Source: Octopus sinensis (Eukaryota). Taken from it: a stretch of 64,000 nucleotides of DNA. This document shows positions 1 through 10,527 of the stretch, piece after piece. The notes beneath the pieces were generated by a model. The model was not told the origin of the DNA and searched no databases. It saw only the letters and a program-made list of their open reading frames with translations. A program made the translations under genes and the position numbers. The first letter of the stretch is position 1. Each line of letters starts with the position of its first letter. The DNA lies in the NCBI RefSeq assembly GCF_006345805.1, contig NC_043004.1, forward strand, positions 28,892,001 to 28,956,000, given 5' to 3'.

Positions 1-1158
1 ACAACAGAAGGTGTGAGGAATATTAATCCAGTATATGGGGAACAGACAATAAGCACAAATCAGTTTCCAAGCCAGAAAGAGTTTTAACATATTACAAGTT
101 TTGTAGAAGTAACCAGATTATTATTCATATATTATGGAAGGGAGAACTCTGCAAATAAGTAAAAGTTAAATAATAACAGAGCAAGTATTAAGTATTGCTC
201 ACAATAAAATAATATTATTTAAAATTAAATTACTATAAATAGTATATATTCAAATTTTATTAATTCTCTCAGAATTAACAAAATGATATTGTTGTAATAA
301 GCATACAAGTAATAAACTATACCATACTACAATAATTATTTTGATTATTAAATTTATTTATTAGATCAAATAAAACTATCTATTATTATCATCATTATTA
401 TAATTATCAATTAATTAATAAATAAACTCAATGTATTTATACATATATTCATTTAGTATAATGAAGACTAGAGACAAACTATGTATGGATAAATTATACC
501 ATATATTAACATCTAAGAAGAAATTGCTTAATGAAAGACATGAGAGTGTATTACCTTGTACACATTATTCTAAATATATATTCAGAAAATTTTATTAAGT
601 GTCTATGGTTACATACAGGTACTAATGTACCTGTATGTAACCATTTACATGTATATATGAATAATCATTTATTTGTGTGTGCGTGTGTGTTTATAAAGGT
701 ATCTGGGAAATGCATAACTGCTGTCATTCACAGAAAAACTATTGTTTTACCATGAGAAGCATTGCTGAAGTGTTAAGTGAAATTTGGCAATAGAGGATCG
801 AATCCATGCTATGCCTGCATGAAGCCACTACAAATATGTTGTGGAAAAAAACATTTCTCTACTGTCATGGCAAAAGTATAACTGTAAAAATGCAGAATTA
901 TCGGAGTAATGGGCATTCAAAAAAGTATGTATGTATAGAAATGTATGAATGAAATCTTTAGATTCAAATCAAGGAACTGCAATAAGAATGCTTAGCACTT
1001 CAAAACTGAGTCATGAAATGCAGAATTAGGTCGGCTGATTGTGACAATATTGATCACTTCACTAAAACCTGCAGGTGGTATATGTTATTTCCCTTGGGTT
1101 GTTTAAATAAAATATTAGTAATATGTAGTAGATAGAAGGATCCATTAGAGTGGGCCAT

Positions 1159-1229
1159 GAGCATATGGTGTAGTGGTTAAGAGCTCGGGCTACTAACCCC
1201 AAGATTCCAAGTTCGATTCCAGGAAGTGA

Positions 1230-1264
<35 letters not shown>

Positions 1265-1441
1265 TCGAAAAATACCTTAGGAATGAGAACCCAGGTTCGA
1301 AATTTCCCCAAGATACCTGATGAAAGCTGGAGGGTATACCAGCCAAAACGTTGTTGTTAACAACAAACAAGATGAGGACAAATATCAGTCAAAAAAAAAA
1401 TAATGTACATAATTCTTCATCTCTTAAATACAGAACTGTAT
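1159..1441 (+). mobile_element. tRNA-headed SINE-like element with (AAT)n linker and PLE-type tail carrying a decayed hammerhead motif (copy 1)
   Basis: A box TGGTGTAGTGG and B box GTTCGATTCC, then (AAT)n, then CTGATGA-AAGCTG...CAGCC-AAAACGTT at 1317-1352. Homologous to 1465-1650 (-) and 1681-1925 (+). Confidence 0.7.
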
Positions 1442-1464
1442 TATGATTTGTAAAATAAATATAA

Positions 1465-1650
1465 GTGCAATTCTATATTTAAGAGAAGGAACTATGTACA
1501 TTATTTACATTTGATGGATATTTGTCCTTATCTTTGTTGTTAATACAATGTTTCAGCTGATATACCCTCGAGCCTTCATTAGGTGTCTTGAGGACATTTT
1601 GAACCTGGGTTCTCATTCTTAAGGTATTTTTCCATGTTATTATTATTATA
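1465..1650 (-). mobile_element. Inverted headless copy of the same hammerhead-tail element (copy 2)
   Basis: Reverse complement reads AATAACATGGAAAAATACCTTAAGAATGAGAACCCAGG...GACACCTAATGAAGGCTCGAGGGTATATCAGCTGAAACATTG. Confidence 0.7.
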
Positions 1651-1680
1651 AGCCCTAAAATTCACTCCATAACTGCTCGC

Positions 1681-1925
1681 GGGCATACAGTGTAATGGTT
1701 AAGAGTATGGGCTACTAACTCCAAGATTCAGAGTTCTATTCCAACAGTGACTTGAATAATAAATAATAATAATAATAATATCAAAAAATACCTTAGGAAT
1801 GAGAACTCAGGTTTGAAATTTTCCCAAGACACCTGATGAAGGCTGGAGGGTATATCAGCCAAAACATTGTGTTAACAACAAGCAATATGAGGACAAATAT
1901 CTGTCAAATGTAAATAATGTAAGTA
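1681..1925 (+). mobile_element. tRNA-headed hammerhead-tail element (copy 3)
   Basis: Same head, (AAT)n linker and tail; GACAC-CTGATGA-AGGCTG-GAGGGTATAT-CAGCC-AAAACATTGTGTT at 1828-1873. Confidence 0.7.
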
Positions 1926-1938
1926 TAAGTGATACAGG

Positions 1939-2126
1939 TGGAGGCGCAATGACCCAGTAGTTAGGGCAGCGGACTCGCGGTCAGAGGATCTGTTCTTACT
2001 GCTTATTGAGTAACACTGCGATGGACTGGCGTTTCATCCAGCTGGGGGTAACACATAAGCCACAGAAACCGGGAAACTGGGCCCATGAGCCTGGCTAGGC
2101 TTGAAAAGGGCACATAAATAAATACA
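1939..2126 (+). mobile_element. Short tRNA-derived SINE with 14-bp target-site duplication
   Basis: Head GGAGGCGCAATGACCCAGTAGTTAGGGCAGCGGACTCGCGGTC is shared with 15180-15490, 39928-40283 and 44600-44915. Flanked by ATAAGTGATACAGG at 1925-1938 and 2127-2140. Confidence 0.7.
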
Positions 2127-4369
2127 ATAAGTGATACAGGGTGTCCCAACTGAATATGGTGTGGAAGTTTGGTTTTATTTTTTAAGAATTTTGATATATA
2201 AATTTTAATATATATTTAATAAAAATTATTGTGAAAAATTATATAAAAATTTTTGAAAATTATTTTTATTAAATTCCTTCTTAAATTGAAATATCTTAGA
2301 CGTCTGTGCTATTTCCACCTCCATCTTTTATATATAAAAATTTAACTTCTATAGATCTCTAATCTTTTTGCAATCTATACACACACATACATAACTATAT
2401 ATATATCAAATAAAATAAGTACATTTTAAGGTGTGAGCAGTTCCTTATGAACCTGACCTTTACTACTGACATACTAGACATGAATTAATTGGTCCATGTG
2501 AGTAAGATTATCCTACAAAAGTGATAAAGAGATGTGAAGGAGAGAAAAAGAAAGGATTGTGAAGAATGTAAATGGGAGTAAAACTTCAAAGCTCTTGTGA
2601 GAATAAGTAAATATTAAAATTGTGTTTGTGTGTATGTGTGTATATAATATGTAGGAATATACACTCTTAATGAATGTCAAATGTATAATTATCTATCTGA
2701 AATGAAATTTATTTACTGTATAATTGTGCTATATACTGAATATAAAATGTAAAAGTATCTGACATAATAACCAACCAAACAACAGGGGAGTGTTCAGATG
2801 AGCCATCTGGAGAAATGGGTGGCAGAGATTTCTACATATTGGTTTTATTTTTCACTAACCAGAACGCTGTATCACAAAACAGCAAAATGAAAAGTTCTGA
2901 CATTTAAAATCACACAAAAGGTATTAGCAGACTTTGTTAATGCAAGAAAGAGAATGTCTACAGGTCTTGTAGCCTATACCAGGCTGGCAGTAGGAGGGAT
3001 ATGATTGACATTTAGTTTTCTGGAGAAAGAAAGGAAGAAGATGAGGAGGACCTTATGTCAGAAATGTTGAATTTAAAATGGTCTGCTGACTATGTCTTTA
3101 AAAGACCACATGAAAAATTTATAGAAGACTAACAGTGATTTATTAAGTTACATAGACCTATGAATTAGTAAAATCAAAGCTTCCTCATTTTTCTTAATAC
3201 AGATGAGACCTTCACAGGGTCTTATATACTTAGGAGTCCCACCAAAACCCCTTCAAGTTAATAAAGAAAAGATACTTTAGCCAATGTAGTTCTAGGTATG
3301 CGTCATCTGAAAACAAGACCCGGACTTGTCACTGAACATCTTTAGCAAAAAAAGAGTCACCCAGAAACAAACCATTTTGAAATTTAAGCACAGCACTCAT
3401 CTCCAAAAAAATGTTGGTTGGTTTTTTTCTTGTATTTGTATGGAAGCTTCAGTACTGCCAAATACTTTTCTTGGTCCATATCTCAATTTTGTCAGTTGTA
3501 GATAACACCAAGAAAGAACAAAACCAGATCTGCACCTTCACTGCTGACACTTAAAACTTTCAGACATATTTCTTTGACAACATGAGTGTGTGTGAGCATT
3601 ATAACTAAATATATCACTTGAGTTGTTCACACTAGTTTCTTGTCTTTTTCAAAGTGTATGCAGCTTGCTGTAAGATATTATTTTCTACTCTTACGCAAAC
3701 TGGATTCACTTCTGCCTTTTTCTTGGATATGCATTGTTTCCATTCTTATAGCCATTTAGAGCTAATGTAAACAAGAGGAAAACAAACTACATTCAAAAAT
3801 GCCTTTTTCCTACCAAACAAAACTCTCGCCTTTTTTTATAGCAGGTCCATAAGACAAGACAGAAATGTCTTGAGGGCATCAAGTTGTGAGAAAAAAATTA
3901 GCAGCAAATCCAAACAAAATTAATATGTAAACATTTGTTATCACACAAGATTTCATAGTAATTGTTTCAAATTCTGACATTAAGTCAGCAATTTCAGTGA
4001 GAGGGGGTTAGTCGATTACATCTACCTCAGTACTTGACAGGTACATTATTTAATTGACCCCAAATTTATGGGAGGTGGGGTGCAAGTTGATTAACATCTA
4101 CTTCAGTAATTGAATGGTACTTTATTTTATTGACTGTGTAAAGGACGATAGGCAAAGCAGACTTCAGCAAAATTCGAATTCAGATTGTAAAAAAACAGAA
4201 GAAATGCTACTAAAAATGTTGACCGATGTGCCAACAATTGTCAGCTCTGCCATTTTTATAATAATAATAATAATAATAATAATAATTTCTATTAAAGGCA
4301 CAAGGCCTGAAATTTGTGTAATTAATTACATTGTCTCTAGTGTTTCACTGCTACATAATTTATCAACAC

Positions 4370-4710
4370 CCAAAGGGTAAAATGCAAAATCAATCTCACA
4401 AAATTTAAACTCAACATAAAGACAAGCAAAATACTGCTAAGCATTTCATCCGGCATGCTAATGGCTCTACCAGGTCGGCACCTTAATAATAATCCTTTCT
4501 GTGATAGGCACACGGCCTGAAATTTGGGGGAAGGGATTAAGTCAATTACATCGACCCCAGTGTGTAACTGGTACTTATTTAATCGACACCCGAAAGAATG
4601 AAAGGCAAATTTGACCTCGGCAGAATTTGAATTCAGAATGTGAAGACAGACAAAAATACTGCAAAGCATTTTGCCCGGCATGCTAATGATCCTGCCAGTT
4701 TGCCACCTTA
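4370..4710 (-). mobile_element. tRNA-derived SINE, abundant family with CCTTTCATCCTTTCGGGGTCGATAAA central domain
   Basis: Homologous to 42715-43045, 48420-49190, 49800-50200, 51705-51920 and 53700-54530. Confidence 0.75.
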
Positions 4711-4714
4711 ATGA

Positions 4715-6250
4715 TAATAATAATAATATAATAATTCATTCTTTTATTGGCCACAAGGGCTAATATAAATGTACATAAAATTACATGCAACAAACATACA
4801 AGACGACACAAAGAGTAAACCAATAAAACAATGAGAATTAATCAATGAATCTCCCAATAGGGGGAGGCGCTTTAAGGTTCCTCATGGAAAAATCCACAAC
4901 AGCTTTGGGTGCCTAATAAACAGGGCAAGAGCACTTACTTCTTCACAGGTGTATGCACAGAATTGGTTCTTTCACACTGGCCATTCTTCCAACATTCACC
5001 CACCTTTCAACAAACTTGCTAGAAGGCAACACTTCCTTCTCCACCCTCACTCTCCTCTTCAAGTGAAACTCCGCCTTGCTCACTAAGAGACATGGCAGGT
5101 CATTCAGGTAGACGCTGAAGTCTGCCCTGTTATCCATCCTACCATTCATCCCAAACAGTCAAGCAAAGTGCTGCTGAAAGGCTGCACACATCAGCTTTGG
5201 TTCAAAAACCTTGTACCTGTTCTGGTCCACCAAACACCAAATGGTGGCTTTGTTGCCACATTTTGCCTCTGCCACTCAGGCCCATCAAGCAGCTTTTATT
5301 CCTTCCCCACTTAGTCAATGTACCTTAGCTCTGACAATGCAGTCTTCATGATTGATGTCAAAAATTGGTTGAGGGCCAACCTCACTGCCAACACGTCGGT
5401 TGTGATGCCTGTCCTAAGTGCTTCATCTCACTTCCTAACAAAATCTCCCTCTAATCTATTTCTCTCTACTACTAAAACTTAACTAAACCTAATCAATTCT
5501 ACTCTAATTGCCCTTTTAAGAGCAAACCATTGCGCCTGTCAATGCTCTCTTAACTAAAATGCTAATCTGGTCTCTGTAAGCTTGACATACCAGTAATAAT
5601 GTGTTCAACTTTTAGTAGCTGGGACCCTGTCTACAAAGGCTATCTAAGTCGGCCATACAGATCACAAATTCATGGTCTGTCTAGCCAACTAAATGAAATT
5701 GTGGACCACCTATGCTATCCTTATCTGCTGGCCTACAAAATACTCTATTTAAATACAATCTAGGTGACCCAATATGATTTGTCCAAGTCTACATTGCCAC
5801 ATTTGGATTATCTAGTCGGCACCTGTCAGACAATTGAAAATGTCAGAGCAAGTTTTTGAGGTATTTGCACCCACCTCTCCTACCAGATAAGCCCATGCAC
5901 TCAAAATGTCCATCAAAGATAGTGTTCCAATCCATTAAAGTCTGAAACGTTCCCAGGAAAACCTCCAGATGCTTGAAGTAATTAGACCGCCCTGCCCCTA
6001 TCGGAGCATAGGCAGCCACCTGTCTGAAGGCACCGCCATCACTGCTGTTCACATCTAGGACCACCAAGTTACCTTCTGGATCCAGTAAGATTGCCTTTAT
6101 TTTCAAATCCAGACCTTTCCAGAAAAGTACTGCAGTACCACCACACTCCCTCCCAGCCGACAAGGAGATAGAAAAATCTCATATCCACTGTAAAGGGCAG
6201 TGAGATCCCATGGGTTGGAAAGTTTGGTTTCACTAATGGCTGCTACGTCT
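4715..6250 (-). mobile_element. Tx1/L1-clade non-LTR retrotransposon relic, internally deleted (APE + tether + C-terminus + 3' UTR, no RT)
   Basis: ORF 5843-6163 has APE motifs (TAVLF...DPEGNLVVLDV...AAYAP...DWNTIFD). ORF 4943-5149 ends FHLKRRVRVEKEVL...FVERWVNVGRMA. The 3' UTR ends in AATAAA plus (ATT)n at about 4715-4750. Confidence 0.7.
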
Positions 6251-6854
6251 ACACTAAGGGACCTCAGGTCATTTAAAAGGTGACCTTGTTTCTAAGGCGA
6301 CCCAATTTTGAGTATGACCATGTCAAAATAAAACAATAAAGGAGAGCGCTACATACGCTGTTTGATGGTGAGGTGGTCTCTTCATTATTTGACGTGGGTA
6401 TCCCACGAGTAAGTTCTTATAAAGTCTTTTACAAAATGCTTTTTGGAAACCCCCAACAGTTTGCAGATATTTTATTTACACTGCGTTCCCTTTTGTTTAT
6501 TTGTGTGCCTGTTTGGGTCAGTGTGTGTGTGTGTGTGTGTGTGTGCCTATACATGCAGGCATGTACATATGTGTGTATGTTTGCATGTGTATGTATGTAT
6601 ATATGTGTGTGTATGCATATGTATTTATGAGTGCATTTGTATGTATGTATCCTGCATATTTATGTGCTTGCATGTCCGTGTTTGTGTATTTTCTATGTAC
6701 GTGTGTGTGAGCATGTGTTTGTATATATATGCACCTCTGTCTCCTTGTGTGTGCATGTCTGTGTGTGTGTTATGCAACTATGTACCATGTTTGTATGGAT
6801 GGATTTTAGGAAAATAAAAATAATAAGTGGAAATGTTACCGGTGAGTGTGTTAC

Positions 6855-7050
6855 ATTATAAGGCACAAAAAGAAAATCACTCTCCCCAGATACAACACAA
6901 TGGGTTTTACAATGTGGAAACAATAACAATTAAAATTAAACAAAACTCCCAATAGGGGAGGCACTTTAAGGACCTTGTAAAAGCCACTGGTGCCTGAACA
7001 ACAGGGCAAGAGCCCAAGAGGGTCAATTGTGGTGGCTGAAAACAAAGAAT
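6855..7050 (-). mobile_element. 3' UTR fragment of the same Tx1-like family
   Basis: Shares CTCCCAATAGGGGAGGCAC/GCTTTAAGG and CAGGGCAAGAGC with 4850-4935. Confidence 0.55.
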
Positions 7051-7194
7051 TCCTATAATAATAGGTGCTTTGAGAATAATTATAACATCCCAAGACTACA
7101 GATTAGCACAGCATACACAAAGCAGCACCAGGTACTACATACAGAATACCATCAATACAATAGAAACAACAAAAGCAAAACAAAACACATCATA

Positions 7195-7351
7195 TAGGCG
7201 CAGGAGTGGCTGTGTGGTAAGTAGCTTGCTAACCAGCCACATGGTTCAGTCCAACTGCATGGCACCTTGGGCAAGTGTCTTCAACTATAGCCCCAGGCCA
7301 ACCAATGCCTTGTGAGTGGATTTGGTAGACGGAAACTGAAAGAAGCCCGTC

Positions 7352-7449
<98 letters not shown>

Positions 7450-7630
7450 TTGTCCCCTAGCATTGCTTGACAACCGATGCTGGCGTGTTTATGTCCCCGT
7501 CACCTAGCGGTTCGGCAAAAGAGAACCGATAGAATAAGTACTGGGCTTACAAAGTCCTTGGGTCTAGTTGCTCGACTAAAGGCGGTGCTCCAGCATGGCC
7601 GCAGTCAAATGACTGAAACAAGTAAAAGAG
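7195..7630 (+). mobile_element. CORE-type tRNA-derived SINE with internal microsatellite
   Basis: tRNA-like head, CORE-like GCACCTTGGGCAAGTGTC, internal (TA)n(TG)n, tail GGCGGTGCTCCAGCATGGCCGCAGTCAAATGACTGAAACAAGTAAAAGAG. Other copies at 18975-19129/23660-23890, 32435-32615 and 47850-48090. Confidence 0.75.
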
Positions 7631-8067
7631 TATATATTTGAAGTGTACAGAGCTGCACTCGTGTAGTGACAGCACTGAATAAAAATGAAACTGGTGAGAC
7701 ATGATCTTGTCTTTTGCACACTGTCAAAATTTTGGGAGAGGTATAACTCATTTAATGAACCTTAATATTGACTGGTACTTTATCTTCACTAAAAGGATAA
7801 AGCCAACCTCAGCAGAACTTGAATTCATGTAAAGAAAGGAATATTAACTGAATATATCTGTTCTTCTAGCTGTGCCAATCTACCGTCAGCTAGACACAAA
7901 GCCGTCGATTTAACTGACAGTAGATTGTTTTGAGAAGCCAACCTCGGCGGAATTAGAACTCGCAATGTCAAGGGACGTAACCAAATCATGTCCGCTATTC
8001 AACCAATTATTCCAATCCACCACTTTGTAATAACAGGAAGAAAGGTAAATCTTCCACATCAACATCA

Positions 8068-8081
8068 GTTTCCATAGCAAC
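8068..8081. promoter_or_regulatory. RFX X-box-like motif
   Basis: GTTTCCATAGCAAC matches GTHNYY-AT-RRNAAC. It lies in a comparatively CpG-containing, non-repeat stretch with an ETS-like GGAAGT at 8162-8167. Confidence 0.3.
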
Positions 8082-9384
8082 TTCATTTCTTAGCTTATTT
8101 CGCCGTCAGAAACTCTCAACACATCCATGAGAGAGAGAGAGAGAGCAACAAGATAATCAGTGGAAGTGGCGGCCACCATTTCAATGTTATCTCTCCATTC
8201 TCCTCCCTCACTAAATAATGGTAGAAAAGTGATAAGACGAAAAATCACAGGTACATATTAAGACCATGAATATAACAGAATTATACATTTCACCACTGCA
8301 GACATATACATGTGTGTGTGTGTGTGCATTGTATTTGACACAATGTCTCTACACCGTACGAATAATGCAGTCACTTTCAACCGAACGCAAACATAACTTA
8401 GAGGAGGTCAGTGTAAAAGAGTTCGGTGCCAGGGTGAGAAGAGAAAATGGTGATAAGGATGGTAGTAGAGTTAAGAAAAGCGAAAGACAAACGGGGGAAA
8501 AGTGAAGGAGAAAGACAGAGGGAATAAATAAGTTGGTACAAGGAGGAGAAAAAGAGGAAAGAAGGACAAGGAGGCGACGAAGAAAAATGCATTGAGAAGC
8601 GGAATAGAAGAGAAAGATGGTAAATATCGAGAGGATGATTGAAAAATTGTTAGAATTTTGAAAATGATGTTCAAAAGGGCATGCTAAGGGGTTTGAGAAT
8701 CAATGTTCGATCAAGCATTTTATTTTAGCCTCATGATAGAAACAGGGAGGACGAAAGACGAAGAATAGAGAGATAAACAAGAAAAGTGTTTGAACCACCT
8801 CCGCCCCGATACAACAACGTATTGAACGTACACGCCAGTTAATCACAATGCCGACCAGTTAACGAAGTTCATTCACAATTCTACGCTTCTTGACCGATTT
8901 AATAGAAGAAAAGAAAGAGAAAAGTTGTCCTACATCTCCTATCATAGTGTTTATATTATCTACCAACGTGGACATTATAAATAAACTCACATTAAGTGCT
9001 CGCTGTCTCTTCCCAACGAACGTGTAGTTTATAATATCCTTAAAATTTCACAAACTAAGCTATGCTTGATGTTTCTTGCTTCCACGTATGTGGCATGAAA
9101 ATAGTTTAGAATGAGTTATTTCAGGGAGTCAATCACATGCATCGGTTTAACTATACACTCTTTCTTGCTATGTCATGTATATGTAAGTCTGTGTATAGTT
9201 TCATCACTACAGTAGTAGTTGAAGGCACTTAAATATGTAATTTGAAGAAATAATATGTGATATGTAAATAAATACATATTTCTTTTTATATACAACTATC
9301 CAGCATTATGAACGCCTTTTTCTTTCATATGTATAAAAATCTGTACATCACCCTCAATTCTTCTAATATACCCATATATACATA

Positions 9385-9484
9385 NNNNNNNNNNNNNNNN
9401 NNNNNNNNNNNNNNNNNNNNNNNNNNNNNNNNNNNNNNNNNNNNNNNNNNNNNNNNNNNNNNNNNNNNNNNNNNNNNNNNNNNN
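9385..9484. other. Assembly gap (100 N)
   Basis: Run of exactly 100 N. Confidence 0.99.
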
Positions 9485-9559
9485 CACACACACGCACCTT
9501 GTACATACTAATACGTACTAATACATACTAATACATACTAATACATACACCAATCCCAT

Positions 9560-9890
9560 ACATACGCCTGTCCAGACCTATCCTAGGGTCATTCAACCCT
9601 ATTATCAACCCTATTATCTCCCCTTATCTCGCTCGCGCGTCTCATGTTTCTTTGACCTCTGGCCGAAATCAGATCGCCATGTTGATTCGTTAGTTACTGC
9701 ACGCATTGTTTTTCTCTCCTTCTTTCTGTGTTTTTTTTCTCTCTGTGTATCTTTCTGTTGAAGAGCGTAGGCTCGAAACGTTAAAGACTTGTTTTATTTA
9801 TATTTCCTGAGCGCCATACTAATACAATTGTTTGTTTGTTTTCCACCTGCCTTCGTCTTTTGTCTATTTTCATAAAGCTTCCCGTTATAT
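9560..9890 (+). mobile_element. PLE terminal-repeat (pLTR) fragment with hammerhead-like motif
   Basis: TCTTT-CTGTTGA-A-GAGC-GTAG-GCTC-GAAA-CGTT-AAAGA at 9750-9787; related to the 35170-35390 element; ends at a (TA)n run. Confidence 0.55.
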
Positions 9891-10342
9891 ATATGTATAT
9901 ATATATATATATGAATGCAATCTTTATGTCTAACTTAACATGTAGGATTGTGTTAGAACACAGAATACTGCCTTATTTACCCTGAGCCTACCGGAACGGC
10001 CATATCACGTGATTTCGTTGTTTTGAGCTCTTCTGTGACAGACATCCAGTCACGTCATAACACCCAAATCTGCCCAGTATCTATTCAGTTACTGATGTCG
10101 TAGATATCCGGTGGGGTTATTAAAAAATAATCAGTTGCAACAGAAGCATTATGAATACCAGAAAGTAATCGTTATCTCTAACTTAACGTGAGGTTTGTGT
10201 GAGAACACTGTGTTATTTACCCCGAGAGCATCTCTCATATGGACTCGTGATGCAAAAAAAGCACTCCTATAGAGATTTTCGTAACGAACGAGTTTGCTAT
10301 ATCCATGTGTGTGTGTGTGTGTGTGTATGTATATATATATAC

Positions 10343-10375
<33 letters not shown>

Positions 10376-10418
10376 TGTATGTATGTATGTATGTATGTAT
10401 ATGTGTGTGTGTGTGTGT

Positions 10419-10466
<48 letters not shown>

Positions 10467-10527
10467 TATTGTAATAATATTTCACAGTTAGTAGCTTCAG
10501 ATGCAGGATTTCATTCAGTTTCATATG

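Noticed and set aside
3400-3900. Possible Tc1 relic (DMDQEKYLAVLK on the minus strand), and similar hints at 700-830
   Set aside because: Only one short motif each, and no TIR identified; too decayed to call.
6340-6414. Protein-like frame ALHTLFDGEVVSSLFDVGIPR ending at a GTAAGT donor
   Set aside because: There is an in-frame stop just upstream and no polypyrimidine acceptor; extending to the acceptor at about 6297 closes all frames.
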